64,000 nt of DNA from Guillardia theta CCMP2712. Its lineage: Eukaryota; Protista; Cryptophyta. This document shows positions 19,006 to 32,927 of this stretch, piece after piece. Made by a program: the position numbers and the translations under genes. Location: the NCBI RefSeq assembly GCF_000315625.1, contig NW_005434611.1, positions 1 through 64,000 on the forward strand, read 5' to 3'. Within the stretch, counting starts at the first letter, position 1. Each line of letters begins with the position of its first letter. The notes under the pieces were generated by a model. That model ran no database searches. It was given only the letters and a program-made list of their open reading frames with translations, and had not been told where the DNA came from.

Positions 19006-22000
19006 TCACAACAACGATAGGATCGCTGCAAAGGCACTACCGGCTTGTTCGGAGCGGCTCGCACACCTGGCAGATGCTGGCAGCACTTGGATTTCGCAGA
19101 GAAGGAGATGTCTACGCAGATGTCAACTCCTCCCCGCATGTCGTCCTGCGATTATGCTCACCCCAAGTCGGTCTTGCTTGAGCAGTAGAGCGACTCGCCA
19201 CCCGAACTCAATTTCTTCTTGTGCAGGACAAAGATGTTGCACTTGGAGAGCTTACTCTGTCGTGCCAGGGTTCAGAATCAGGTATAAGAATGAGGAAACT
19301 GGTTTGCGAAAGAAGGCGAAAGTGGTGAAGGGAGGGACGGGAGGATGCGAGAAACCTCGATGAAAGAACTGTCCAAAGGAAAACCACTCAAGCCCGAGAC
19401 CGCCTAATCCAATGTCAACAAACAAACTCCTGGGATTCATCAAGCTGGTATGTACCTGATTTGCAGCTGGAATCGACTGCCACAATTGCGGGTACTCCGG
19501 CCCATTAATCCTTCCATTCTCAGACTGTACACTTACTCAGGCAAACATACGTCTCTACCAGTATTATGCAAGACCAAAAACAGAGAAACAGCAGCAGAAA
19601 GCAAAGACACCAGGGCAATTCACTATACCAGGATCACTTCGAGAGGGATGGTATCCTTGAAATAATAAATTCCAGTTGCGTTCTTGATGGCAACCTGCAG
19701 GCCCAATGAAGGAGTGGCTGGAGAGGTCTTGTCCTCCTTGCAAGTCATCGCAAGCGAAACTGTCTGACTTTGACCAACGGTGAGGGTTGGAACCTGGTGA
19801 ACAATTCATTGTCTGCCAACATATGTACCACGCCATCGCCATCTCCATCTACCTGGAGTGCAACCGCATTCGTCAAACCAAAAAAATTCTTGTTGAATTG
19901 AATGGCAAAACCGCTCAGCGGACCAGCAGCAGAAATATTCTTAAACTGAAGCTCATACGAGATTTTGCCACCAGATCGCACGAGAATGCCATCTACAGCC
20001 ATTCCTCCTCCCTTGTCGGCAGTAAGGAGAGAGTTCATCTTGGCGGGAAGAGAATGAGAACCGACCATGTCGACCGAGGGTGTGCTTGTGGGTTGGAATG
20101 AAAGGTCGCTCATCAGGTCCAGCAAATCGTTGACAACTGGCTGCTGGGCTTTAGGCTGTGACGGCGCGCTGGAAGAAAGATCTCCTCCTAGCAAGTCCAT
20201 CACGTCCATCACCGCTCCAGATGTATTAGTGGACTGTTGGGTAGGTTGCTTTCTCGTCATCGCTGCAGGGGCGTCAGGTTTGGGTTCATCACAAGCACTG
20301 CACTGCGTGGAGTCGGCACGATTGCGGAGTGTGCATTGAGGGCAGTCCCATCCACCGTCGTCCTCTTGATCTTCCAAGCCCCAACCGCCAATCGCTGGCT
20401 CCTTGGCCCTGGAAACAGCTTGTCGTCCCGTGTTAACTAGAAAGCTCGAAGTGGGCTTGTGATATACGGAAGCCAAGCTACTTATCTGGTGGAGAAGCAG
20501 ATCTAGAAGCTGGTTGTCAACTTTTTGCGGATCGTATTGCACCGTGGAATGTTCTGCCAGGACTATGATCTTTGCCTTCTCCGGGTCTGTACTAAGCAAT
20601 CTCCAGTAAATGTACCCGCGATCTCGAAGGTCAGGATTGTTGCTTTTGGTCGTCGCTAGTTGCAAAATTTCTTTCACCGTCCCTTGCGTGTTGGAAGGTC
20701 GCTTGAGGAACAGCTTCACAGTAGCAGTTAGAAGCTGAAGCTGCACATCAACATCCAGATCTGCAAATTCCTCGATGAAAGCCTCCAACAACTCCTTTGC
20801 ATTCTCAATCCGCTCAGCATATTGACCGATGATCCATATCAAGGCCCCTTTGGCCTCAGGGTGTTCCAGGCTGCCAAACAAAAGTCAAATGATTTCAAGT
20901 GACAAATTAAAATGAAAATACCTTTCAAGATTCTCACACAGTGTCCCTATAACGCTCTCATACTGATTAGGATACTTCCGAAATATATCCTTAATGACAA
21001 CAATGCTTTCTTGAACCACGTAGGAGACCTTAGTTTGTATCAAATCCAGCAAGATAGCTACACATCGCTCTGCACATCTTTCGATCTTCAAAGCACATTT
21101 TCCAATCGCACGAACTGCCTTCCTAACAAAATCTACATCCACCTCAGCAAATGCATATTCTTTAAGTTCCAAAAGAACTTGCTCGACTGTTCTTTCGTTT
21201 GCCAACATGACCATCACATCCACCTTCTCAACCTTAACGTAGGTGGGATCATTGTACTTGCAGAAAAAAACCTTGATATCGTTTGCAAGTATGTTGGGCC
21301 TTCTTGAGCAGATCAGCTGAATGTTTCGCAAAGCAACATACTGAATTTCGGGCTCAGATGCCAGCAGAGTGACAAGAGGAGGGGAGAGTTTTTTGATGTA
21401 AGTCTTAACTGATTCAGCATTGGTACACAATTGCAAGCAACCCAAAACGACTTTGACTGCTGATAGAACAACTGCTGCATTGGCGTGCTGAAGCCTTGGT
21501 ATGACCCGTTCAATAATGCTCTCTGCTTCCTTCGCGTCTGACGGACGGTAAGTCGAGATGGCATCCAGAATGTACACTTGACCCCACTCAGTGCATTCGT
21601 TCAAAGCGCTCAACAATTTCATCAAAGCCTCTGGCGCAAAAGTGAAGATGTCGCTCATACCGCTTGCTTCTGCAATCTCAGTTAAACTTGCAACAGCATT
21701 GGCCACTACAGTTGGATTAGGATCTGAGATCAAGCCAATGAGAAGGTCGAGAAAGCCTTGCTCCTTTACCAAATCAGGATTGATGTCATAAAGCTTCGCA
21801 ACGCACATTGCAGCTGTCTTTCTCACGTATGGATCCTCGTCTTTAAGCGTCTTTAAGAGAGGATTTGTGAGGTACTCAGTGATTTGTTCGACGCGAATGC
21901 ACCCCATAGTTCGTACTGCCAAAGCTCTTATCAATGGATTGCTATCTGATGCATCCTTTACAAAAGTGTTGACCGCCAAGATGGCTAGATCTGGCTGAGC

Positions 22001-22234
22001 CTTCGCATAGTTGATGAGATACAAGTAAACTAGTTTCTTCAGCTCCACATTTGGGGTTTGCATACAGTTACAAACATCGGGAAACAGCATGGAGACGTCT
22101 TTTCCAACAGTCATTGCAGCAATCACCTTCTTTACAGCTTCTTTCTGCTTTGACTTATCATTTGTGTGCAGTTCTTCCTTGAGTTCATGTATCTCCCCTC
22201 TCTTAGTGGTCTGAAAATATTTCGCATCCGACAT
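19006..22234 (-). CDS. AP-1/AP-2 complex beta subunit (beta-adaptin), multi-exon
   Basis: [62 protein letters not shown] hinge motifs, ear [13 protein letters not shown]. Confidence 0.95.
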
Positions 22235-23052
22235 CTTTCAGTTTGATGTGACCACGCCAGGACAATTGAGATTCTGGTTCTTCAAAATTCCATCGGATCT
22301 GCGTCAAACCTGTACCAAGAAAACGAGAAGAAAGATCATCAGATCTGCAGTCATGCAAGGGCTGGAATACAGCCAACAAATCATGTTGTGATTCGCAACC
22401 CATAAGTCGGAAGCTAATCATATTCTCATTCGAGTGCTAAACATTGGCAGGTGGGAAACTCCAGAAAACGAGTAGTCAGCCACAAAGCGAGAGCAATGTC
22501 TGTGTTCCTGAACTGACTAATTCACGACTACCTTTATCGAAACGAAGAATCGCCAATGCAAGGATGAAACTAACTCCGCTGCGAATACACGATTTTTATC
22601 ATAAGCACTACTGTGTTGACATTCGCATGATCAAATATTGTTCCTACGTATCAGAAATAAGCATGGCGACTAAGGAGGCAGGGGTTTATGGCGGGGCAGG
22701 GGGGCAAATGCAGGAATAGGATAAGACAGATGCCACATCTTGGGAAGGTTGGGGAGTGAAGATAGGGAAGATAGGGAAGATAGGGAAGATAAGGAGACAG
22801 GGAACAGAAGAGGGACAGGGAGGATAGGGAGGATAGGGAGGATGGTGATGGGTGAGAGTTGTGAGCGGGGAAGGAGGAACATGAACTATAACATCTACTG
22901 CACAAGAATGACACAACATCAATCGCGCGCCGCGTATGTGGAAGGTGGTCGTTATATCGGTTACAGATCCGCTGTCATTCCGTTTCATCGGAGTTACAAT
23001 TCTGAACATAGCGGTTATCTATCGTTACGTTTGCGTCATATAGGGCGCGGGC

Positions 23053-24202
23053 ATGGGGTCCCTTGTGAAGCATGTAGCGCAAAGAGGCAGAGAAGCGAGC
23101 AGAAAGATGCAGAGAACCCTCTCGTCGCAACTCAGACCTCTAGCCTACACCACGTTGACTCCTTCCTTCTCTTCCGACTCGTTTTGCGCCCCTCTCTTGG
23201 TTCGGGGATGCTTGCCCACAAAAAGTCGCTTCAGCACCAGTGGCAATTGCAGACAATCTTTGTCATGTCCAACTGTTCCATCGAACCTTCTCCGCTGCTG
23301 TTCGACACTGCGCGGGACTGCATGTGATTGGCGTGCCATGTCCTCGTCAGGAAAGAGTGTTGAAGTTGGAGATGACTATGAGAAAGGACAGGATGATCCA
23401 ACGTCCATTCTTGAAGTGCAGATGCCGTTTGGACATGACGAGAATGTGGATTTAGCCAAGCAGCTTGGAATATACAAGGTGAAAATGAAAGAAGAAGGCT
23501 TCGGAATGTTCTTATCTCACACCCTTTACAGGTGTATGAATATAGTGACGGAGATGCGATCTCCCGAATCACCATGTCCTTTCAAAAGGTTTCTCTTCGC
23601 CTTTGGTATTTTCGCCTTTGATTCCATTTAGAGGGGGAATCTTTCTGCAGATGTGCAAACACTTGAAGCATTCTGTGCAGCGGAAGCAAAGAGCATGACG
23701 CAACGAGTTGAAGGGTGCTCGATTTCTACTGTTGCATTTCCAGAAGATGTCACGAAACACTTTAACGATATTAAGGTTCTTCATTAATATTGCTCGTCGA
23801 TGCTCTCCGTGTCCTTATGAATGAATGATGCTTTCTCCTCAGGTTCCTTTCCTTGCTCAAGCTTTTCGGACAAATTCAGATCGCATCTCTGATAGTCTGG
23901 TCTTCTTCTTCGAAACGCCAGGAGGTGCTTTCACTCTCTTCTTCTCCTTGTTCTAGTTTTCTCTTTCGCCGTGCATAGACTGCATGCTTATACCCCATCA
24001 TCCCTTGTCCTCTGACTCTGCTTTCACAAAGGCTTCTGGTCCATTGGGTGGTACGTGCCGGCTGAACTCTTCTCGAAGGTTATCCGACTCAGGATTTATG
24101 TGACCTAGTGACAACTTGACGTGATGCCCAGGAACCGGATCTTTTCTTCTTCTTCCTTCAGTCTATAAAAGTGAAGCCAAGGCAGAGCGTATTTGCCCAA
24201 TA
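23053..24202 (+). CDS. Hypothetical protein, multi-exon, possible mitochondrial presequence
   Basis: Arg/Ser-rich N-terminus and spliceable exons ending ...SIKVKPRQSVFAQ*. Confidence 0.5.
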
Positions 24203-24639
24203 AAATATCTGGGCCACTCTCTACCGCGAGTGAGCTCTGCACACCGTCACTGGCACGCCGCGGCACCACGGTGGCTGCGGCAGCTAGCCTACAGTGGCAG
24301 GCTCCGAGTCCCAGTTTCAGTTCTACACATCCCTTTGTCGGAGCATCTATGGCAGCGAATCATGGGCAGCAAGGAGCTTGCTGCAGACTGCATTGCGGGA
24401 GCCAGTGAGCCTGGCCGGGGCCCGCCGGTGACACCGATGGCCGCTGCACAGGCTGTGGCGGCCCACAGGCCCGGCCCGGCGGCGGCCGCCGTGAGTAGTA
24501 GCAGTGATAAAATCCGAGTCCCCCTCAGTGAATTTAGGCAGTGGAGGCAGCAGTGTATTCCTAAGTATGCTCTTACTTTAAACCTACTACAGGGGCTGTA
24601 GGGGCGAATTGGCGCCAGCGCGCGGGAAGGAGACGAGGA

Positions 24640-25930
24640 ATGGGAAAGAAGCGAAGCTAAGCGGCGGGAGCAGGAGTGAGGCGAGAAGAGCATCGAGCAT
24701 GCGATGAATGCGATGAAAGGTAGAGAGAAATCTATCAACAGCGTCAGGCTTAAAAGCATGAGTCGTCGATCCTCGGGGCCCCAACGGGCGCACAGCATGG
24801 AGGAGGATTTGGACGCAATTCTCACGGGACTTCAGCTATGCCCGGAGGTGGTCGCAGATGCCATCAGACAAAAATCCAGAGAAACATCAAAAGAGTCGTC
24901 ACACTTGTCTTCCTTTCCGTGAGACTGCTTCTTCTCGTTCTCACATCCTACTGACATCGGAAGCAGAGATGAGAATTCGTCGCCCCAGCAGTTTTCAAAC
25001 AAGAAAGCAGACACCAAAGAAGGGCAAGCCCTCGAGAAAGAGAAAAGCAATCCTTTCAAAGATGAAACTTCATCGTGGAAGCAAAGCACGAATGCAAAAC
25101 TCCTCGATTTGATGGCTTCTTATGATCAGGGGCAAAGTAAAAGCACCAAAAGAAAAGATTCCGATTTAAAGCCTTGCAAAGTATGCAAGTTTCTCTTCTT
25201 CCAGGACAAAAATGACGGGCAAGAGGGTGTATGCACAGCATGCAGGCTGAAGGAGAAAACCGCGACAATGGTCTTGTGTCTGCTGTGCGATTTTGCGCCA
25301 TGCTAACTGTCACGTTTGGCAGGTTGATATTGAAATATCTCAAGACTCGACCGCGGGAAACTGCACGCATATTGAATCCAAGTGGTTGCCATCATGCGAC
25401 TCCGTTTCCGCGAAGAACGAAGAATATTCCTCGATGTACAAGGCGCTCTTTGTCAGACATACACTTTTCGGCTTTTTCTTTTTCGGTTTCGTGTTGCTAT
25501 GTCCGTTAGTAACTGTTGGACGATGGTCCTACCTGTGGAGTCTGCCGAGACATTCACTCACAGCTTCTTCTGCGTCTTTTTCGTATTCTGCTCAGCCTCT
25601 CTTGCACTCCGAGGATGACAGTGAAGCAAAGAAGAATGCCACGGTTCAGGTCCTTGAGGTTGGCACTGCGCACATGACCTTGCTTCCTTTGTGATCCTGA
25701 CATTGTTTCAGGCTTCTGCTCCCCCAGACGGCAAAAATAAGCGGAAAAATAAGCGGAGGCCTGAGGAATTGGTCGTGAAGCCAAATATCACTTCTAACAC
25801 GCGCGGCAAATTCAGCGTCTTGAAATCACGTTGGTCAATCATACCAGTCAATGTGGCAAGACAGTTTATGAGATCTATCTTGTTTTCGTTTATGATTTTG
25901 GCTTTTGACGCTATTCTCTTTATTTAGCGA
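24640..25930 (+). CDS. Hypothetical protein with CxxC pairs, multi-exon
   Basis: Segments such as CKVCKFLFFQDKNDGQEGVCTACR. Exon structure not resolved. Confidence 0.35.
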
Positions 25931-26049
25931 CTGATTTGAAATATTTGGTCACTTCGTGTATGAATAAAAATTGCATCATGTTTATACAGCCTCTCCAGAC
26001 CTAAGACCAGCGGTGAGTTTGAACTATACTGTCCAAGCCGCTGTTTTAA

Positions 26050-27208
26050 GGGGAGACTAACGCAGACCAAATTCAATTTCGCAAATCTTGAAATAATTCG
26101 TTACGTGAAACGGTTTGAAACATAAATATTTGTATTCTGAGAGCTCAATATAACATCCAATATCCAATTTTACCCTCATTTTCTTCGCGTTACAAGAAGA
26201 TGCTGCCAAGGCGCTAGCTACCGACGCACAGAAGGACGGAGGAGGTTGAGATCCTCCAGTTTTCCTTTGCAGAAAGCAAGGCTATCATGTGTACTAACCG
26301 GGTTGTGTATACCATACCAAAGGAATCGACGGTTCTCAATGCATAGTATCCCTTGCGAGTGAAATAACGTGCAGCTCTGTACGACTCCATTCCTTTGATA
26401 CAATGCAGTTTAATCAGTACTCCATCAATGGCACCGATGCATCTATCAAAAACGCCACGAGAATATTTCATCTTGAAGCCTGTGGCGATGCTTTGCAAAG
26501 CATTCGTGTCCTTCAAATCAGGATATCTGATGCGCAAGGGACGGTCACAATTCGAGATGGCCACAAGTACTTCATTCTTGCGCACAATCAGAGACTCAAT
26601 GGAAGTGATGAATCTTTAAATATGAGCCACCTGCCAGCCATCTGATTATCATGGACAGTTTCAACTCCGCCGTGATACACCCATATGGACTGCCCCTCCT
26701 TCCATGTTCCTCTTTGCCAGTAATATCATTACGAATGAGAGACAAAAGATGTTAGAATGCAGTGCGAGACATTCGATAGAATATACGAAATTGATAGTCA
26801 CTGAAAGTTCTTTGAAACTCGTACCAATCAAGCCTCTTCCTGCTCATATTCCTCTTCGTCCAGTTGCCGATCCTGTTCCCTTTCCGAAGATGTCTCTTCT
26901 TCTGCGGTGGACCTAAGGTCTCAGTTTCGTCACTGGACGATTCGGAAATGGTTTCTTCTCCATCACTGCAGGTAAATTCATAATCATCCGACCCATCATT
27001 GATGGGTATGTTATCCACCAGCGACATGCCCGTCCCGCCTTCCATGGCAGGGAGGGGCGACGAAATTCGGAAATTGCAAACGCATCGTTTGAAATTCAAA
27101 TATAATGAACTTTTAGTTTGATTTCAATTTGCTTTTTCGACCTCGAGCACGAGTTGACTTAAAATTAGTACCAGAATGAAATTGAATTTGGTCTGCGTTA
27201 GTCTCCCC
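26050..27208 (-). mobile_element. PIF/Harbinger DNA transposon, internally deleted non-autonomous copy (1159 bp)
   Basis: Perfect 31-bp TIRs GGGGAGACTAACGCAGACCAAATTCAATTTC (26050-26080 and 27178-27208), TAA target-site duplication on both sides, transposase fragments inside. Confidence 0.95.
26214..27045 (-). pseudogene. Harbinger DDE transposase fragments
   Basis: FRIFYRMSRTAF* and CIGAIDGVLIKL..YFTRKGYYAL. Premature stop, and later catalytic motifs not seen. Confidence 0.88.
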
Positions 27209-28086
27209 TAAGCCAATTCTGACCGTCGGTCGCATTGCCGCTTATAGTCCGACACTGATGACTGTGGAAAGTGCGGTAATCCGAGCCACTGACAGTGAGG
27301 CATCATGCCGCAGTGCGGTAGTCCATCCGAGCGCCCCCCGGCGGCGGCCGCCCGGCCGAGTCACTTGACTCGCACAGCGGCACTGTGAACTTGCCAGTTG
27401 GAAGCCCGGCCCGGCCCGGCCGGTGCCGGCCCGATCCGGGATGGTATTCGCCGCTTGGCTCGCGGGCAGTGCCCAGGGGGTGGGTGGTTCAAGCGGTTAC
27501 TATGTGTAACGGTGGCGTGTTGAGAATTTGAAAATTCCAAATGTAGCCAAGCACAAGGCAAAGAGCAATGTGAACAGGCAGCGGCGAGAGTAGAAGATGG
27601 GGGCAAGAAGAACACGAGAAACCAGAGAATCTATGAACTAACATGGTTGACTTCAATTATCTCAGAAGATACGCAATGGACACTCTAATGCAACTGTTGT
27701 TCTTTTGGGGTTTTGATATGAACCGACAAGGCATGATTCATCAGAAAAAATATGAGCCATTTGTGAAGAATAGATGCCAAAGAGCTGTTGTTGTTCATGA
27801 TTTCAGAAAATTTTGTTTCAATAATAGTATATTCATCAATAGATATGCAGGTTAATTACGAAATTTGATCATCTCTCAGAAACTGCTTGAAAGAAATGAT
27901 GCGTTTTCAACCAGGAAAGCAACACAATTACAGGGTATCTAACATGTCGCAGGTGACATCAGATTTAAGTTTGTATTTGGAACTACCCGAAATCAGAAAG
28001 ACACAATTTGTATGAAATTTGTAAGTGATGAAAGAAGACTTCTGTTTGAGAGAACTGACGCGCACTTTTAGCTTCGTGTTTTTTGA

Positions 28087-29878
28087 ATGAGTTCTTCCCT
28101 TTCTTCATCGGGCTTTTATTCCCGCATGTATCACACTGACACTCAAGCAACGAACAAGAACAACAACTCCAAGACCGTCAAGGCAGCGCAAAGATCTGCT
28201 CCCAAGGGAATGTGGACCAAAGAAGAGGACGAAACTGTTATCCGCCTGGTCGAGCTCTATGGGCCCACAAGGTTATTCTCTTCGCCTCTGCCTGTCCCCT
28301 CCTGATCAGCGGATCAGGTGGGCGTCCATCGCTTCGAACCTTCCTGGGCGGAACGGGAAGCAATGCAGAGAGCGATGGCACAACCAATTGGACCCAGCCA
28401 TTAAGAAGGAAAGTTGGACGGAGGAGGAAGACCGTATTCTGATGCAAGCCCATGCTGAGGTGCTCTGCCCTACTTGCTGCTCTTCCTTACGAGAGTCTCA
28501 GCTGGGAAGTGCTTGGGTGGAAATCTCCAAGCGTCTGCCCGGGAGGACCGACAACGCGATCAAGAACAGATGGAATTCATCGATGAGTGAGTGATTAGAT
28601 GCCGAGCTTTCACTCATCTCGTCGCAGGAAAGAGATTCATGGCCGCGGAAGAGTTTGCCAAGAAAGATCCTCCGAAACCTGCAGGTTTATCTCTTCTTGC
28701 ATATGCAAGGCAGCTGGGTTGATGGCCTTGCAGACACTTGCAGCAAAGTGAAGAAGGAAGACAAGAGAATTGAGGAGAAGAATTTGCCAGTAGCCAACAA
28801 CAGGATCAACCCCCCCAACTCGAACTCCAAGGACCTCAAGGTCTCCCGCTGCCTCTCTCCCTTGTCGATAATTGATTTCTTTTCAGGAGTCGAATGTTTC
28901 CTCCAAGCTCACGACAACTTGCCGTCCTATCGCCGTGCTCAATGCGTCTTCTGTGCGATCGAAGCGGCGGAAGCTGGAAGACAGCGAGGTGAGAGGAAGA
29001 CCTCTCTTTCCTGCTCTGCCTTGACATCAACCAGGTCGAGACGCTTGGGAGCATCTTAGGCTCCACTCCGAACCCTGCGAAAATTCTCTTCTCGCCGGAA
29101 GAGCACAGAAGCAGTTCCTCCTCTGCGCTGGACGACACCGTCATGTCAGACCAACCCACCATCTTCATTAAGAACGAGACAAGCTCCATTCACTCGCCGA
29201 CTTCTGCTGAGTCTCCTTCTGCTGACTGTCGACCTCGTGAGTCGAAACTTCCACCTGCTGGTTCAGCTGATGTCTTTTCAGGTCAAATCTTCCCTCCCTC
29301 GGCAGAGAAGGACAGCAGCGACCTCGAGAACCTCACCACGCACACCCCGAAGTGTTCCTCTCTCCATCCCGGCGCTGGCTTTCTCTCAAGGTTCTGCTGT
29401 CTCCTCTCCTGACTGATCTCCTGACCTTGCCTCCCAGCGTGAAGCGAGGGAGGCATGACCTGTTCGAGGCCGGCGGCCTCTTCTCCCCTTCCACCTTCTT
29501 TCGTTCTCCTGTGGCCGAGAGTCCCTCGAGCGTAAGCTGTTATCCTCCTCCTCCTCCTACACCTCTGCACACCCGCACTGACCTCCTCGCAGCGAGCTCA
29601 GGCGAAGGGATCGAGGAAGAGACCGCTGGTGTCTCCCAGCGCAGGTGAGGGGAAAGTGGTTTGATGGGCAATTGCTGAGTGCGATTAGATGTCCGTCGCC
29701 CCATCCTCTTCTCCCCGTCGGAGGAAGTACCAGGAGCGGACCAGGTGAGAGGCGGGAGGGGAGGGAGAAAGAGGCTGAGGCAGCCGCAAGGTCCCATGCT
29801 TCTCCTCGCTGCTTCTCGACTCTGCACAGAAGCATTGAAGACTGCAGAGTGCGCATGATCCAGGAAAGGAACGAGTGA
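28087..29878 (+). CDS. R2R3-MYB (c-Myb-like) transcription factor, multi-exon
   Basis: [57 protein letters not shown]. Confidence 0.93.
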
Positions 29879-29996
29879 AGGGCCTTCAAGTTCAGAGAAA
29901 TTTGCTTACGTTAAACAACATTCTTGATCGCTCCAATAATGTACACGCCTCTTGTTCTTTGCAGTCAGATGAAACCATTGCCCTCTCCCTGCTGCT

Positions 29997-32116
29997 TCAG
30001 TCAGTCATGAATTCTTGCTTTACTTCCCCACCTTGCTCGGTGAGCTTTCCACATCCGCTTCCAGGGAGCAGGAGCGAGGCAGCTCCAAGGACGAGCGGTT
30101 TATGTTTCCTGCAGCCCCGTGAGCGCTCGAGCTTGTCAGCCCTCCAGCTCTCACCGTCAGGGTCGAGGTGGAAGGGAACCAAGCTCTCGCCATGGCAGAC
30201 CATGTCGAGGCCGCTCAGCTCGTCTTCAATGGCTGCAACCCCGTCAGCACTGGCGTGATGTTGCGCCTGCCAACTCTCACCAACTCGCAGCCCGAGCGTC
30301 ATGTCGACCAGCTGGAGAAGAAGGTCAAGAGCAGCGAGCGGAAGGGACGGAGACCTTGAGGAGGATGTAGGAGACAATGAGGGACCAGATGGCAGAAAAG
30401 GCGACTCCGTACATCTGCAGGTAGATCTGCTTCGGGTTCCCGTAGAAGGCCCCGTTCTTGCCAGATCCCTTCCCGGTGATCTCCTGGCACGAGTCTTCAA
30501 CTTCAGCTGTCCCACCCACCCGGGCTCACCTCAGTCGCGAAGAAGCCGGTCAAGATTCCTCCCAAGGCTCCTCCAGGCGCATGGATGCCGAAGGCGTCGA
30601 GCGCATCGTCATAGCCGAAGCGATGTTTCAGCTGAGCCGCAAAGTAGCAGACGGGCCCAGCTAGAAAACCCATGCAGAACGCGCCCGTGACATTGACGTA
30701 GCCTGCTCCGGCTGTGATGGTCACCAAGCCAGAGAACATGCCGCTGATGATGCCCAAGACACTCGGTCGCTGCCGACAGGAGTGAGATTGTAGCGACGAG
30801 GAGAAGACCTGCCACGTCGACTCCTCACCTTGCGGATCATCCACTCTGTGCACATCCACGTGAGTGATGCCGTAGCTGTCAAGGATCATTTCAGTATCTC
30901 AACATGCATGTCCAACTGTTGCAATCCTTTCACCTGCCGCCAGGTTTGTGTTCAAGACAGACGTTGCTGCCAGTCCGCTGACCTCTCAAGTCAGATTCCC
31001 CTCCTTCCCCTCCTCCCCTTTTCCCCTATTCCTCTTCTAACCTTTCTCCCTATTTCTCTTCTAAACTCGCATACCTGGTAACTCCGGTAGGTTGCCCGGG
31101 GTATCGTTCGCCCAACGCCGATCCTCCGTTGAATCCGCACCATCCCACCCAGAGCAGCGACGCCCCCAACACTGAAGAAGCACGGCGAGCATATCATTTT
31201 TCCCTCCTCCCCACCATGTGTCAAACTCACCTGAGATCAATATGTTGTGGTGGCTAAACACCTCCCTGCCGTACCCTGCTCGTTTCCCCACCACAATGCT
31301 AGACATCAGCCCTGCACACCCGGCAGCCACGTGTACCACATTCCCTCCTGCAAAGTCCATGACGCCTGCACTGTGCAAGAAGCCATCCGTCATCCAGGTA
31401 GAGTGTGCGATAGGACAGTAGACCAGCAGGTGCCACAGTCCGATGAAGACGAGCATTGGCCCGAACCTCATTCTGTCTGCAAATGCTCCGCTTATGAGCG
31501 CCGGGGTGATGATCGCAAAGGTGAGCGAGTAGACTACGAAGAGAGGCTCGGGGATAGACGGGAAGAGGGGATGGAACCCCGTTAGCTTCACCTTTTGCAG
31601 CCAAAACTTCTGGTGGCTTCCAAAAACTTTCCCTCCAGTGTCAAAAGCAAGGCTGTATCCAAAGAGAACCCACAGGATCGTTATCAGGCACGCAATGCTG
31701 AAGCTTTGCATCACGGTCGAAAGGACATTCTGAACGCGAACTAAGCCTCCGTAGAACATGGCGAGGCCGGGAATCGTCATCATGAAGACCAAGGCGGAGG
31801 AGGTGAGAATCCATGAGACATCGCCCGACTGGAAAGCTGGAATGCTGTTGCTGGTGGAGATGTTCTTTTGCAGCTGAGAAATGGTGCTCTCCAGCGCTTT
31901 GATCTTCTCTAGGATCAGGTCACTGTCTCGGAGCGAAGACTTGGCATTGGGAAACTCCTTCGATTTGACGGCTTCCACGCTTGCTCTCAATGCCGGAGAT
32001 TGTGGTTTCACCTTCCAATCCACTTGTCCTTCAGCACTACACGAGACCAAGAAGATGACAACGGAAAAATACTTGAGAACGCAGTACAAAAACCGTGGCA
32101 TGCTTAGATTTTTCAT
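29997..32116 (-). CDS. AMT: Ammonium transporter (Amt family), multi-exon; 3' end approximate
   Basis: LVFMMTIPGLAMFYGGLVR, FAIITPALISGAFADR, DFAGGNVVH, GLVTITAGAG, DDALDAFGIH. Confidence 0.95.
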
Positions 32117-32687
32117 GTCGCGAACACCACAACTGTCTTGTTGGAAATCAAACTCATTGCGACAAGTTGGCGAGGCTCTGAGAAATGGGAAAAAAAGTTA
32201 GATGTGATAGATGATATCAGACTCGCATTGCAAATGAACGATCATTATTCAACGCAGCCTGCGGATTCCGGTCTGTTCTTGCTTTTCAGATGTTTGAGAC
32301 GGTAGCAACAAAGCGAGATGAATGTCACACTTCACAGGAAGGAAAGAAATTGAAATAGTGGCTAGTATGCAGCGTGTTGGGTATGAAGGTCGAGGTTCAG
32401 TCCGAAGATTCAACAGCATTCAGTGTGAGGAGCTAGCTATGGTTTGAATGTAACTACCTCAATAGTTGCAATGATGCCAGGGAGAGCTATAGACAGTCAC
32501 CAACATGGTTATGGTCAAAAATGGGTTAATACATCAAAATTCTGAGCAGGGAGGACGTCAAGTAATGGAAAGATGGCCAGTGATGAGGAAGAAACATGAT
32601 GGACGAGGGATGGAGGGACTGAGTGTAGGATGAAAGGAGGAAGAAATGACAGAGAAAGATGGGGAAACAATCAAGCAAAATGTAAGC

Positions 32688-32927
32688 GGTGGAGAGAGGT
32701 GGAGAGAGGTGGAGAGAGGTGGAGAGAGGTGGAGAGAGGTGGAGAGAGGTGGAGAGAGGTGGAGAGAGGTGGAGAGAGGTGGAGAGAGGTGGAGAGAGGT
32801 GGAGAGAGGTGGAGAGAGGTGGAGAGAGGTGGAGAGAGGTGGAGAGAGGTGGAGAGAGGTGGAGAGAGGTGGAGAGAGGTGGAGAGAGGTGGAGAGAGGT
32901 GGAGAGAGGTGGAGAGAGGTGGAGAGA
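32688..32927. repeat. (GGTGGAGAGA)n decamer tandem array, ~24 copies
   Basis: Read directly from the sequence. Confidence 0.97.

Noticed and set aside
28087-29878. MYB gene as the Myb/SANT partner ORF of the Harbinger element
   Set aside because: It lies outside the TIRs and is a canonical intron-containing R2R3 c-Myb-like gene.
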